IMG/VR virus record: IMGVR_UViG_3300037400_002380
Direction: 5' to 3' (one strand)
DNA from: an uncultured virus (IMG/VR IMGVR_UViG_3300037400_002380)
Lineage: Duplodnaviria > Heunggongvirae > Uroviricota > Caudoviricetes
Length of the DNA: 64,000 bases
Below are positions 19,760 to 30,801 of this stretch, piece by piece (position 1 is the stretch's first letter; each line of letters starts with the position of its first letter). A program made the translations under genes and the position numbers. The notes under the pieces were generated by a model. The model ran no database searches. It had not been told where the DNA came from and saw nothing but the letters and a program-made list of their open reading frames with translations.

Positions 19760-22700
19760 TGGCAGAAATCCCAAGTAATCTAATAATAGATCATGAAGCG
19801 GGTACCGGTCGCGGCGTATATGCAACGTGGGAATGGCCCAAAGATCATACTGATCATTATGAGGTATGGTGGGAATATTCGACTTCCAATACGGCGTTGT
19901 GGTTTACCGGATCTGAATCTTCTGAAAAGCATAAAATAGCGACATACAGCTATCCAGAAAATGCAAAATCAGTACGTGTAAGAGTCATGCCGGTTGCGGA
20001 AAACAAACCGAATAGTGACACGCCTTATTGGAAGTCGGCATATACGAAAACACGCACTTATCCAGTACCTAAGTCTACCGTTAAGGCGGTTAAAAAACTA
20101 GACGAGAAGGTTACTGATTTAACCATAAAGCTTGAAGCTGGAACTAGCAGAACATTACACGCTAAATGGACCTGGAAACAGGCCAGGACTGATTTTTATA
20201 CCGTATCGTGGCAGTATAAAACTAGTGACGGAACATGGTATTACGCTACCACTGAAAATGTAGCAGTCAAAGAATCGGCATACACAGCTCCTGAAAACGC
20301 GGTTTCTGTTCGTGCTAATGTTTTGCCGATTTCAGCAATTGCCTATGAAACTGATGATTCTAGCGTTTTCTACTGGGAAACCACTGTTTCTGCATGGAAA
20401 AAATACGATTTTCCGCAAGAGGCAGACATACCCGTTTCTGGTGCTCCAAATAAGTTGAGTATTGGCATTCAGAACGGAACTGACGATACGGTATATGCTA
20501 CTTGGTCATTTAGCAAGCATTCTCAGACAGATCACTATGAAGTTTCTTGGTATTACTTTACCGGAGACAAAGACAGAAAGACTGGCGAGAACGTGTGGTA
20601 TAGTGGCGGAACTACTAACACACAATTAAAAAATGCGACATATTCACCTCAGGATAACGCTTTAAAAGTTCGTTATAGTGTTCTGCCAGTAGCCAAGGAG
20701 GTTAACGGCAGACTTCGTTTCAGGGGCAAACGCTCAGCTGTAAAATCGATTACCTTACGCACCGAACCTGTACCCGCAGGTGATACCGTAAAAAAAATCA
20801 AAATACAGAGAGAAGCTGGCAATACTACGACGCTATTAGCTTCTTGGACATGGCCCAAGCATTCTGAAACGGATCACTACGAGGTTGAATGGCGATATAC
20901 TACAGGAAACAAAACGGCAGACGGTAGTAGCATATGGTTTTATCCTTCCGGATCGCAATCCTCAAGTCAGTCTGCGACATATTCTCCGCCGACAAATGCG
21001 GTAAATGTCCAGGTCAGAATCAAACCCGTTGCAAAGGCTGGAAAATCCTGGACAAAAAGCTGGACGACATGGTCTCCAAAAGGCGGTTATGCTTTTGGTG
21101 TAAGTCTGGATAAAAGTCCTACTTCAAACTTGAAGAAAACCGTTACTGGGGTAACTATCGAACAGCAAAACGGTAGCGATAATTCGGTATTTGCTACATG
21201 GGAATGGGATCAGGAAAACACTAGCGGCTATACGGTTATATGGCAATACGCTACTGGCAATGGCATTTGGTTTGATGGAGCAAAGAACGAAAATGTAACC
21301 GTCAAGAATAATTTATATTCTGTTCCAAGCAATGCGACTAAGATTAGAGTTAGGATTAAACCTATATCTAAAACGCACAAGGTCCAAGGTATAGATACTG
21401 CTTATTGGACTGCCAGCGCTTCGGAACCTGTTGTGATGGTTATAGGAGATACTGACCAGGCTAATACTCCAGCTAGTGTCCAGACCCCGGCTATCGATAT
21501 TGACGGAACAAAATTAACGGCAAGAGCTACTACATACGATGAAAATACTATATACATTGAATTCCAAATAGTTCAGGATGACACGACGGTCATAACATCA
21601 CTTATCTCGTTAGTGAAAACCTCTTTGGCTTCGATATCTTACGATGTGGCGCTTGGTCATGAGTATAAAGTACGTGCAAGAGGACTTAAACGACGAGACG
21701 GAGTTAGTGTTGACACATTCAGATCCAACATAAATCAGGCAAACGCTTATATTGGCGATTGGTCTGAGTATTCGGAGAACGTTGAGACTGTTCCTGATAC
21801 GCCAGAAAAGATTATTTCGCATACAGTAATACACGTTGATGAAATTTTACTTACGTGGGCAAAATCTTCCAATGTTACAGGATACGTTATAGAGTATACG
21901 ACTAATGAAGATTATTTCGATAAATCAGATCAAGTAACTAAAGTTAATGTTGACGGAGGAGAGACCAGCTATTATATTAACGGCTTTGACCCGGGCGAAG
22001 TATATTACGTACGAGTATGTGCGGTTAATGATGCTGGAGAGTCTGGTTGGACTCCTATCTATTCTTTTGTTCTCGGTACGGTTCCAGTACCACCCACTAC
22101 ATGGTCGGACACAACGATAGGCGTCGTTGGCGATGATTTATATTTGTATTGGCTTCATAACTCTGAAGACGGAAGTAGTCAAAGTGCGGCCGAGGTAGAA
22201 TTGACCATCAACGAAGACGAACCTATCATTTGTGAGCCATCGCACAGGTCAACTGACGGAACGCCGAGCTATTATATTTTCAGATCAGTAAAAGTCTCAA
22301 CTGAAGCCATCCAGGACGATTCAGATGATGATATCCTTGACTCTGATGGCGAAACATTGCTTCATCAAGAGCTTCAGACATATCCCGAGGGTGTTACGGT
22401 TAGATGGCGTGTTAGAACAAAAGGTATCGTAGAAGAATGGTCTGGCTGGTCTACAACGAGAACTATTATTATTTATGCGCAACCGGTTATTGAGCTTTAT
22501 GTAGGTAATAACGTTGAACGAAACGATAGAATGTATGAGCTTACCAAATACCCGTTACTTATTCACGGTGAGGTCAGACCGAATTCGCAAAGCGCAATTT
22601 CGTATAATGTATCTATTATTGCCAATGAATCTTATGCTACAACTGACTATAGCGGTCGATTAATGAACGTTAGAGATCAGGAAGTTATATTCTCTAAATA

Positions 22701-23574
22701 CATACCGGCGACTGGTAATACTCTTGACTTAGCTCTTACTGCCGGAGACGTGAATCTCGATAGCGGTATTACTTATACTGTTAAAGTGGTTGCTGCTATG
22801 GATTCTAGTCTTATCGCAGAAGCGGTATGGACATTTACTGCTCGTTGGAACGTAGATCTTCTTGTCCCCGACGCTGAAATAACGGTTGATAAAGATCGAT
22901 TGTGTACTTATATTCGTCCGTTTTGTAACGACGAGTATGGAGAACTTATACCAGAAGTACTTGTGTCGGTATACAGACTTGAATACGATGGCGGGCTGAC
23001 AGAGCTTGCTACAAATCTCGATAACGGTGATGTCACAATTGTAGATCCGCATCCTAGCTTAAACTACGCTCGTTACAGAGTTGTGGCCATGGACGAAGCT
23101 ACTGGCGAAATCGGTTTTCGTGATATTCCAGGACAGTATATTGGCGAAACAGGTATAGTTATTCAATGGGGCGAGGAATGGCAGCCATTTTCTACTAACT
23201 CTGGTGAGTATGAAGATGAATTTGCAGATGTTATTAAATCCGGTTCGATGGTTAAACTTCCATATAACGTCGAAGTATCAGATTCTAATAGCATTGATGT
23301 AGCTCTTAACGAATACATAGGCAGAGCGCATCCTGTGAGTTATTACGGAACTCAACTTGGAGTTAAGCATGATTTGAACGCTGTTATTACCAGAGACGAC
23401 GTAGAGACTCTCTATTCCTTAAGGCGGTTAGCTGTATACATGGGTGACGTGTATGTCAGAGAGCCGTCAGGCGTTGGCTATTGGGCTAACGTCCAGGTGT
23501 CGTTTAGCAGAAGATATTCTGACATGACGATACCAGTAACACTTAACGTGGTCAGAGTGGAAGGAGGAGTATAA
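19759..23574 (+). CDS. Minor tail protein with repeated Ig/fibronectin-III-like domains
   Basis: Repeated ATW.W....TD.YEV.W.Y units and FN3 signature YYVRVCAVNDAGESGW. Confidence 0.75.
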   Translation: MAEIPSNLIIDHEAGTGRGVYATWEWPKDHTDHYEVWWEYSTSNTALWFTGSESSEKHKIATYSYPENAKSVRVRVMPVAENKPNSDTPYWKSAYTKTRTYPVPKSTVKAVKKLDEKVTDLTIKLEAGTSRTLHAKWTWKQARTDFYTVSWQYKTSDGTWYYATTENVAVKESAYTAPENAVSVRANVLPISAIAYETDDSSVFYWETTVSAWKKYDFPQEADIPVSGAPNKLSIGIQNGTDDTVYATWSFSKHSQTDHYEVSWYYFTGDKDRKTGENVWYSGGTTNTQLKNATYSPQDNALKVRYSVLPVAKEVNGRLRFRGKRSAVKSITLRTEPVPAGDTVKKIKIQREAGNTTTLLASWTWPKHSETDHYEVEWRYTTGNKTADGSSIWFYPSGSQSSSQSATYSPPTNAVNVQVRIKPVAKAGKSWTKSWTTWSPKGGYAFGVSLDKSPTSNLKKTVTGVTIEQQNGSDNSVFATWEWDQENTSGYTVIWQYATGNGIWFDGAKNENVTVKNNLYSVPSNATKIRVRIKPISKTHKVQGIDTAYWTASASEPVVMVIGDTDQANTPASVQTPAIDIDGTKLTARATTYDENTIYIEFQIVQDDTTVITSLISLVKTSLASISYDVALGHEYKVRARGLKRRDGVSVDTFRSNINQANAYIGDWSEYSENVETVPDTPEKIISHTVIHVDEILLTWAKSSNVTGYVIEYTTNEDYFDKSDQVTKVNVDGGETSYYINGFDPGEVYYVRVCAVNDAGESGWTPIYSFVLGTVPVPPTTWSDTTIGVVGDDLYLYWLHNSEDGSSQSAAEVELTINEDEPIICEPSHRSTDGTPSYYIFRSVKVSTEAIQDDSDDDILDSDGETLLHQELQTYPEGVTVRWRVRTKGIVEEWSGWSTTRTIIIYAQPVIELYVGNNVERNDRMYELTKYPLLIHGEVRPNSQSAISYNVSIIANESYATTDYSGRLMNVRDQEVIFSKYIPATGNTLDLALTAGDVNLDSGITYTVKVVAAMDSSLIAEAVWTFTARWNVDLLVPDAEITVDKDRLCTYIRPFCNDEYGELIPEVLVSVYRLEYDGGLTELATNLDNGDVTIVDPHPSLNYARYRVVAMDEATGEIGFRDIPGQYIGETGIVIQWGEEWQPFSTNSGEYEDEFADVIKSGSMVKLPYNVEVSDSNSIDVALNEYIGRAHPVSYYGTQLGVKHDLNAVITRDDVETLYSLRRLAVYMGDVYVREPSGVGYWANVQVSFSRRYSDMTIPVTLNVVRVEGGV

Positions 23575-24680
23575 TGCCAGATTGGACTAAGTCCATGAAA
23601 CAGACATTTGAGTATTATATTGTCGATCCTTCCACTTGGACCGACATAACTCAATGCACGTTTGTGAGCAAGACCACAATTAAACGAGACCTGAAGTCAG
23701 ACACACTTGGAAGCGCTTCCATCGACACTGCTGAAGATTTACCAGAATGTTACATCAGGGTATATTTGATTACTGAGCAGAATAAGATTGAGGAGCGCTT
23801 CTCGCTTGGTACTTTTCTTTGTCAAGCGCCGTCAAGATCGTTTGACGGAAAAGTAAACTCCATAAGTGTCGACGCATATACGCCATTGATAGAACTCAAA
23901 GAAAAGAACCCTCCAGTAGGATATTACATTGCTGGTGGAAGTCGAGTTCTTGAAATGGCGTATCGTCTCGTTAGAGAAAACGCAAGAGCACCTGTTGTAA
24001 GACCGTCGTCTACAGCGGCGTTATCTGATGGTTTTGTGTCGGAGTTAGATGATACATGGTTTACATATTTGAGCGACCTGCTTGCCTGTGCTGGATACAG
24101 ATTTGATCTGGACGATTACAGCCGTATTTTGTTTGCGCCAGAGCAGGATTTGAATTCGCTTAATCCTGTTTGGACTTATAACGATGATAACAGTTCTATA
24201 CTATTCCCGGACGTTGATCTTGATCGAGATTTGTATGGCATACCAAACGTTCTTGAGGTTGTATATTCAACAGACCATCATGTATTTGTGTCCAGAGCAG
24301 TTAACGACGACCCAAACAGTCCTATTTCGACCGTGTCAAGAGGCAGAGAGGTTATGAACCGTATCACAGATCCTGATATTGTGGGCGGACCAGAGCAATC
24401 TCAGACGCTTGATCAGGATGGTATCGACGCCTTTCAGCAAGTTCTTGACAACTACACAAGACAGGAACTCAGGAATTTGTCATCGTTCGAATACACATTG
24501 ACGTATTCTCATGGCTACAATCCTGTAAGACCTGGGGATTGCGTATTGTTCAACTACACAAGGTCCGGTTTGACAGGTATTAAAGCCAAAGTTATATCTC
24601 AGTCGATAAGTTGTGAGACCGGTTGCAAGGTCGACGAAACTGCTGTGTACACCACCAGTTTATGGGGGGTGGCGACATGA
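23574..24680 (+). CDS. Minor tail / baseplate hub protein
   Basis: Coupled to previous gene; tail-hub position and composition. Confidence 0.6.
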   Translation: MPDWTKSMKQTFEYYIVDPSTWTDITQCTFVSKTTIKRDLKSDTLGSASIDTAEDLPECYIRVYLITEQNKIEERFSLGTFLCQAPSRSFDGKVNSISVDAYTPLIELKEKNPPVGYYIAGGSRVLEMAYRLVRENARAPVVRPSSTAALSDGFVSELDDTWFTYLSDLLACAGYRFDLDDYSRILFAPEQDLNSLNPVWTYNDDNSSILFPDVDLDRDLYGIPNVLEVVYSTDHHVFVSRAVNDDPNSPISTVSRGREVMNRITDPDIVGGPEQSQTLDQDGIDAFQQVLDNYTRQELRNLSSFEYTLTYSHGYNPVRPGDCVLFNYTRSGLTGIKAKVISQSISCETGCKVDETAVYTTSLWGVAT

Positions 24681-25753
24681 ATATTCCTGACAAATTGCTC
24701 AGATCGTTTTCTGACATTATAAATTCGTCTAGAAACGATAGACGCCGTGATAAGCAAAATAACACTGTGTATGGCACCGTGGTTAAGGAGAACGGCAATG
24801 TCTCAGTTTTAATTGACGGGTCAGTCTCTCCTACGCCTGCTTCGTGCCTTGTTGGAGTAGACCATGGTGACAGAGTTGACGTGCTTATTAAAAACCACAA
24901 GGCCATCATAACGGCAAATCACACCAGCCCAGCCATTACTAAGTTTGGTGATGTGTATGTTACTATGAGTCCTGATGGCGTTATTGTAGGTAAACTCGAT
25001 GAAGACGAACAACCAACAGGAGCTTCGATTCTTATTGATCCTACCAGTGGCGAGTTTCGTGTTGTTGATGCTGATGGTACACCACTTGCAAGGTTTGGTG
25101 AAATCGCTCAGTTAGGAAGGGCCGATCGACCGCATTCAGTAACCGACGCAAACTATTTCATCATTAAAGACGCCGACAACAACGACGTTGCTGTATTTGG
25201 CGCTAATACGTCCATCAAAAGACTTGTAGCAGAACGAGCTGAAGTACGACCGGCAAATGGCTCTGTGGCTAATATGCCGGTGTCCGCTTATGACAATAAT
25301 GGTGATCTTGCTGCCGCCGTTAGACTACACGCAAATCCTTCGTCCGGAAGAGGCGGTCTGTATGACAGTATGGCTAGTAACTGGATGGTATATTCTGAGC
25401 CAAATGGAGACATCAAAGCCAGAATAACGCCTGTTCAGTTATATTCTGGAGCAATCCATCCTAGAATAATCAGTGCTGAAGAGACTTACACAAACGCTTC
25501 TGTTCCCGGATTGTCATCTTGGTCCATGGTTGTTGCTTTCTGTAGAGTAGGACTTAATTACCAGCATTTGGTGTTTATCAGAGGTGGATCAACTGAAAGT
25601 TACATGAGTTATTATAGCCGATCGTCAGACGTAACTACTCGTGGAGGCTTCAAAGTCGATTGGGCTAACAACCGTATGCAGATACGAGGACTGTTGGGAG
25701 ATGATACCCAGTTAATAACTTTGTATAACGTATACGGATTATTAACTTATTAG
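24677..25753 (+). CDS. Minor tail protein (spike/adaptor-like)
   Basis: ATGA overlap at 24677; OB-like N-terminus (VYGTV...GDRVDVLIKNH) followed by a beta-rich region. Confidence 0.55.
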   Translation: MNIPDKLLRSFSDIINSSRNDRRRDKQNNTVYGTVVKENGNVSVLIDGSVSPTPASCLVGVDHGDRVDVLIKNHKAIITANHTSPAITKFGDVYVTMSPDGVIVGKLDEDEQPTGASILIDPTSGEFRVVDADGTPLARFGEIAQLGRADRPHSVTDANYFIIKDADNNDVAVFGANTSIKRLVAERAEVRPANGSVANMPVSAYDNNGDLAAAVRLHANPSSGRGGLYDSMASNWMVYSEPNGDIKARITPVQLYSGAIHPRIISAEETYTNASVPGLSSWSMVVAFCRVGLNYQHLVFIRGGSTESYMSYYSRSSDVTTRGGFKVDWANNRMQIRGLLGDDTQLITLYNVYGLLTY

Positions 25754-25763
25754 GAGATAATGT

Positions 25764-28034
25764 ATGAGTAGAATTACAGAATACACGCCTGTTTCTGCGT
25801 TTGACGAGAACGACGTGTTGATTAAAGACGGAGAAAACGGAACAAAGATTATCTCCGTTGAGGACGCGGCGTCAGAATTCAGGCGTCTGTGTGGCATTGA
25901 CGGTGATATTTCTGACATCACAGATTCACTTTCAGCATTTGGCACGAATCTTGCCGGTGTTGAGACAACTTTCATTGCCACTAAGAATTACAACATCGGC
26001 GATTTGTTTGTCATCGATGGTGTTCTGTACAGAGCCACAGCGACCATTGCATCGGATAGCGAGATTGACCCTGAGACAAACTGTGAAGAAACGAGCTTTT
26101 CCACAGTGATCGAGGCTATGAATGATATTCTCGCTGGTAAAGCTGATGCGAACGGAACCTATGAGAATCTCATTGCTGGCAACGCTAAACAGCTTGTCGG
26201 TACAGTCTTTACCGAAGATGATGCGGCCTATACTTTCAGAACGGCTGGTGGTTCCGCTGATATTGGCGACCGTGAGTATGACGAGATCGTTGGCGGAAGT
26301 ATTGTGTGGAATCAGTTGCAGCAATATGGGTCTAATAGAACAAATAATGGAGTTACGTATGCATATGAAAACGGTATACTTTCCATTAGTGGCGCGACAA
26401 ACGGATCAAATTCGTACTGGAGAGGTAATGGTTCAGGCGTGCACAGAACAAAGGTACGTTCAGGCCATGTTTATTTATTAATTCCTAACTGTAATAAAGA
26501 ATACACAGGTGTGGGTAATAGCGCGGTCGGGCGTATGTATCTCTCAGGTTCTACGTCGTCGATGGACATCACGACGGGATTTAACGGATGTAAAATGTAT
26601 AAGGCGCTTGCGGATTCCGAAGTATACATCGAAGTCCGTTTCACAGCTGGCGAGGAACCTGTTACTGAAGGGTTAACATATAAGCCAATGTTCATCGACC
26701 TCACCGCCATGTTTGGTCCCACGATCGCCGATTATATTTACAACCTCGAAACCGCAACTGCCGGTGCTGGCGTAGCATGGTTCAGGAAGTACTTCCCCAA
26801 GGAATACTACGAGTATAACGCCGGTGAAATCATGTCCGTAGAAGGTCTGACCAGCCATGATCTTGTCGGGTTTAATATGGAACCTAACGAGGGTCATGTC
26901 GGTTGGATTTACAATAGTGACGGCGCTATTGACAAAAACGCGTCCACTTCATATGCGTCAACGCTCACAAAAATGAGGTGCCTTCCGAACACTGAATATT
27001 GTGTTACAGTTCCTGGGAGAAGTTCTGGCAGCTTACTTGCCGTATACATAGTCCGGTTTGACATTGACGGTAATTTTATATCTAATGGCCGTATCGGAAC
27101 TAGTTATCAGCTAACCGACAGCCATCCGTTTTTAACATTCGTAACAGACCCTAATACGCATTATTTTGCTTTATATTTCTATAGAGCAAGTCCCATCGCC
27201 GATTCCGAAGTAAAAGACATCTGTGTCAACCTCTCCTGGGATGGTGAACGTGATGGCGAATACGAGCCGTATGTCAAGCATTCGTATCCTCTAGATCCGA
27301 CTCTTACTCTCAGAGGTATACCGGTACTGTCAGGAGGAAACCTTGCGTACGACGGCGATCGATACAAAGCTGATGGTACTGTTGAGAGACGCTATGGGAT
27401 CGTGGATTTGGGGACACTTTCTTGGACGGTACATGCTGCAGATACAGGTGTCTTTAAAGCAAATGTTACCGGTATAAAGAGAACGGCCAGTAGCAGTGTT
27501 GTACCAAACCTGCTTTGCGATAAATACGCCACATACTCAACGTCGGTCATGGCCAATACTGATAAGATGATCGGAAAAGCTACGGGTGCGTCGCTTACTA
27601 TATATGCCAAAGACTCCGACTACGCTAATATGTCTGCAGAAGACTTCGGAGAAGCTATGTCCGGCGTATATCTTGTCTACGAACTCGAAGAGCCTACTGA
27701 AGAAACAGTGACCGCTTACCAGTCTCCTCAGATCGTAGACGACTTCGGAACTGAAGAATACGTCACAACATCCATTGTCCCTGTAGGCCATGAGACAAAG
27801 TACGACTCCAACCTGAGGGCTAAACTGGAGATGGCTCCCAACAGTCCTGACGGCGATGGCGACTATCTTGTTCGTCAGACAAGTGGCCAGAACGAGTATA
27901 TTCCGTACACAGATGGTGGCAGAATCACAACTTTGGAAGGAAAGATCCCTTCACCTCCGTCAACTGATGGTGCTTATGTACTGACATGCACAGTTGCTGA
28001 TGGAACACCGACCTATTCCTGGGTCAGCGCGTAA
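25764..28034 (+). CDS. Tail fibre / receptor-binding protein
   Basis: Last large tail gene; NYNIGDLFVIDGVLYRAT, GGSIVWNQL, DLTAMFG, YLVYELEEP motifs common in Firmicutes phage fibres. Confidence 0.7.
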   Translation: MSRITEYTPVSAFDENDVLIKDGENGTKIISVEDAASEFRRLCGIDGDISDITDSLSAFGTNLAGVETTFIATKNYNIGDLFVIDGVLYRATATIASDSEIDPETNCEETSFSTVIEAMNDILAGKADANGTYENLIAGNAKQLVGTVFTEDDAAYTFRTAGGSADIGDREYDEIVGGSIVWNQLQQYGSNRTNNGVTYAYENGILSISGATNGSNSYWRGNGSGVHRTKVRSGHVYLLIPNCNKEYTGVGNSAVGRMYLSGSTSSMDITTGFNGCKMYKALADSEVYIEVRFTAGEEPVTEGLTYKPMFIDLTAMFGPTIADYIYNLETATAGAGVAWFRKYFPKEYYEYNAGEIMSVEGLTSHDLVGFNMEPNEGHVGWIYNSDGAIDKNASTSYASTLTKMRCLPNTEYCVTVPGRSSGSLLAVYIVRFDIDGNFISNGRIGTSYQLTDSHPFLTFVTDPNTHYFALYFYRASPIADSEVKDICVNLSWDGERDGEYEPYVKHSYPLDPTLTLRGIPVLSGGNLAYDGDRYKADGTVERRYGIVDLGTLSWTVHAADTGVFKANVTGIKRTASSSVVPNLLCDKYATYSTSVMANTDKMIGKATGASLTIYAKDSDYANMSAEDFGEAMSGVYLVYELEEPTEETVTAYQSPQIVDDFGTEEYVTTSIVPVGHETKYDSNLRAKLEMAPNSPDGDGDYLVRQTSGQNEYIPYTDGGRITTLEGKIPSPPSTDGAYVLTCTVADGTPTYSWVSA

Positions 28035-28066
28035 ATTGTTATATTTAATAAGAAAGGAAATGAGAT

Positions 28067-28270
28067 ATGTATATTGTAGTTGAACTTCAGACATACGAAA
28101 ACGGAACTGTCGGCTCGCTCGTTACTCAGCATTCTACGAGAGCTGAAGCAGAATCTAAATTCCATGGTGTTCTGGCGGCTGCGGCGATCAGTAACATTCC
28201 CAAACACGCGGCGATCTGCGTCACAGAAGAAGGCTTCGAGGTACTGCCCCCGGTCTGCTACAAGCACTAA
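28067..28270 (+). CDS. Small tail-associated hypothetical protein
   Basis: RBS AAAGGA; follows the fibre gene. Confidence 0.5.
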   Translation: MYIVVELQTYENGTVGSLVTQHSTRAEAESKFHGVLAAAAISNIPKHAAICVTEEGFEVLPPVCYKH

Positions 28271-28285
28271 TAGGAGATCATATGC

Positions 28286-28585
28286 ATGACATCATGGTTA
28301 CAAATCGTATTGACTATATTTGCATCGGTAATGGCTTCCTCTGGCCTTTGGGCTTTTTTAGGAAATCGTTTAGATAAGCGATCCGCAGAGAGAGACCTTA
28401 TCATTGGAATTGGCCATATAGAGCTGGTATTCTTCGGTATGCAGTATATCGAACGAGGTTGGATCACTAAAGATGAGTACGAGACTCTCAAAGGTCTGTA
28501 CGATTCGTATAAAAAACTTGGCGGTAATGGCTCCGGCACGAAGGTTATGGCTGAAGTAGAGAAACTGCCAATGCACGAAAAATGA
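28286..28585 (+). CDS. Holin-associated membrane protein
   Basis: N-terminal TM helix; YKKLGGNG motif typical of lysis-cassette proteins. Confidence 0.6.
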   Translation: MTSWLQIVLTIFASVMASSGLWAFLGNRLDKRSAERDLIIGIGHIELVFFGMQYIERGWITKDEYETLKGLYDSYKKLGGNGSGTKVMAEVEKLPMHEK

Positions 28586-28600
28586 GTCGAGGTGATATTT

Positions 28601-28816
28601 ATGGATTCGATTCTCAGTGACAAACAGTACAACGTGCTCAAATGGGTTGCACTGATTCTGCTTCCTGCGATTGGCGCGGCTTACTTCGGACTTGCTGCTA
28701 TTTGGGGATTTCCTTATGGCGAGCAGGTAGTCGGCACTATCACTGTGCTCGACACGTTCCTTGGGGCTATCCTCGGAATCAGCACAGTTCAGTACAACGA
28801 AAAGAAAGAGGAGTAA
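28601..28816 (+). CDS. Holin (Dp-1-like)
   Basis: YNVLKWVALILLPA...WG.PY.EQVVGTI..DTFLGAILGIS, two TM segments. Confidence 0.85.
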   Translation: MDSILSDKQYNVLKWVALILLPAIGAAYFGLAAIWGFPYGEQVVGTITVLDTFLGAILGISTVQYNEKKEE

Positions 28817-28868
28817 CTACCATACTCCGGCACCCGGGTCAACCGCTAAAATGGTAGAGTAACAACAC

Positions 28869-28910
28869 AGGGATAGCGAGTCGCAAGGCTTTCTATCCCT
28901 TTTATTTTTT
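28869..28910 (+). terminator. Intrinsic terminator ending the late operon
   Basis: agggatag...ctatccct stem followed by a T-tract. Confidence 0.65.
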
Positions 28911-28961
28911 CGCCTGCCGTGTTATACTGTCGCGGGGCGGACTCTGATTAGGAGGTGCCGT

Positions 28962-30134
28962 TTGGGTAAGGATTTAAAAGGAAAGGAATGCGGCAAAGGG
29001 GTTTGTCAGAGAAAGGATGGTTTATATTCTGCCAGGTATACGGTCGACGGAAAGACAAGATACTCGTACTTCAAGACAGTCAAAGAGGCTAAAGCGTGGT
29101 TAAAAGAAGAAAAAGACACAAAGCATAACCAGTCGAACAAGTCGATGACCGTAAACGAGTGGTATGAGTTCTGGATGACGAATTATATTTGTGATTTAGC
29201 TCCAAACACAAGACGGAACTATGCAGAGAGATACAAGCATAACATCAAGTCTGCGATTGGACGGATGAGTATTACAGATGTGAAACCCATGCACTGTAAA
29301 ATGATACTGAATCAAATGGATTCGAAGTACGCAACTGGTACGATTGTTCAGACTTACATAACCATGGGCGTACTGTTCAGAGCGGCGATTAACAACGACA
29401 TCATCATAAAGCATCCGCTCGATGGAGTGAAATGGAACAAGCCAAGAAAAGCTCCTGATGATATTCACTTTCTGACGATTGACGAGCAGGAACGGTTTCT
29501 TGACGCGGCTAAGCGGTCACACAACTATCGGCAGTACGAGTTGATTCTGGAAACTGGAATCAGAACCGGAGAACTGATCGGCTTGACCTGGGATTCGATT
29601 GACTGGGATCGTCACACCATGGCCATCACAAAGACTCTGGAATACAGGTATTCGACAAAGATCTGGAGAGCTGGTCCGACTAAAACTAAATCGAGCTACA
29701 GGACTATACCTCTCACGACACGAGCGTATGATATTTTGCAGGAGTGCTATGCGGAAAGAGAGACGAGAAAAGAGAGTGCAAGACTTGACGAGACTTTGGA
29801 GTATCTCGATCGCAGGACGGGTGGCGTCAAAGAGTTTAATATGCGTGAACTTATATTTGTAAACTGGCGAACCGGAATGCCTGCAAAGAACAGTTCATAC
29901 GACACACATTTGTATAAGCTTTGTGATGACGCTGGAATTAGCAGGTTCTGTATGCACGCTCTGAGACACACATACGCGACCAGAGCTATTGAGAGAGGTG
30001 TTCCACCAAAGACCCTACAGAAGCTCCTGGGTCATGCAAGTATCAAGACTACCATGGACAGATACGTTCATGTTACTGACGAGTCTCTTTTTGAGGGAGT
30101 CAAGATCTTCGAGAATTGTGTAAGAAACGTGTAA
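28962..30134 (+). CDS. int: Tyrosine integrase
   Basis: ETGIRTGEL (R), KTKSS (K), HALRHTYATR (H-x-x-R), LLGHAS..TTMDRYVH (H,Y); N-terminal arm-binding domain. Confidence 0.95.
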   Translation: MGKDLKGKECGKGVCQRKDGLYSARYTVDGKTRYSYFKTVKEAKAWLKEEKDTKHNQSNKSMTVNEWYEFWMTNYICDLAPNTRRNYAERYKHNIKSAIGRMSITDVKPMHCKMILNQMDSKYATGTIVQTYITMGVLFRAAINNDIIIKHPLDGVKWNKPRKAPDDIHFLTIDEQERFLDAAKRSHNYRQYELILETGIRTGELIGLTWDSIDWDRHTMAITKTLEYRYSTKIWRAGPTKTKSSYRTIPLTTRAYDILQECYAERETRKESARLDETLEYLDRRTGGVKEFNMRELIFVNWRTGMPAKNSSYDTHLYKLCDDAGISRFCMHALRHTYATRAIERGVPPKTLQKLLGHASIKTTMDRYVHVTDESLFEGVKIFENCVRNV

Positions 30135-30157
30135 AGTCATCCGAGACTATTATATTT

Positions 30158-30194
30158 TAAGGAGAAAAGAAGCAAAATGAAATTAGGCATCGTA
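30158..30194 (+). other. Putative attP core: RBS plus ATGAAATTAGGCATCGTA (MKLGIV, ychF-like 5' end)
   Basis: AAGGAG RBS, ATG at 30177, reads MKLGIVTS-stop, immediately downstream of int. Confidence 0.65.
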
Positions 30195-30360
30195 ACAAGC
30201 TAACATACAAAACCCAGTGTTTATGCGGGTTTCAGAGCCGTAAAAGTAGCGATTTCGAGATTATATTTGTGTAAAATTGTACAATAGTTCGCCCCAAGCA
30301 AATACCGTACTCATGCACCCATGAACTGGTTTAACTTCTTTACAAAAAGGAGGTCTAGTC

Positions 30361-30783
30361 ATGGGTGATTTTTTGTCTAAGGAACTTTCAAAAGCTAACA
30401 GGTGGTGGCTGCCGAAGTACAGGTATCTGGAGCTAAGATATTTTGCGTTACAGTATCCGTATTGGAAACAGAAACTTGCTGAACTGAAGTACGATAATGG
30501 CATTACACATAAGAGGTCTGATGAACCATATTTAACCAGCTCAAAACTTAGTGACCGCACAGCAGAGATCGCCATACAGAGAAAGATTCTATCCGATTAC
30601 ATACGTATGGTGGAGCAAGCCGCTATTGAAGCAGAACCAGAACTTTACAGTTATATTCTCAAAGCCGTCACAGAGAATCTTACATTTGTGGTGTTGAAAC
30701 AGGTGTATAACATGCCATGCGAGAGAGACATGTTTTACGACCGCAGACGGAAGTTCTATTGGGCGTTGAGTAGGGTGCGCTAA
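30361..30783 (+). CDS. RinA/ArpU-like transcriptional regulator
   Basis: SDRTAEIAI and C-terminal HTH-like ERDMFYDRRRKFYWAL. Confidence 0.5.
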   Translation: MGDFLSKELSKANRWWLPKYRYLELRYFALQYPYWKQKLAELKYDNGITHKRSDEPYLTSSKLSDRTAEIAIQRKILSDYIRMVEQAAIEAEPELYSYILKAVTENLTFVVLKQVYNMPCERDMFYDRRRKFYWALSRVR

Positions 30784-30801
30784 AATTACAAAGCATATTA
30801 T

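Noticed and set aside
25764..28034. Diversity-generating retroelement or invertible fibre cassette
   Set aside because: No reverse transcriptase, TR/VR pair or invertase seen in the window
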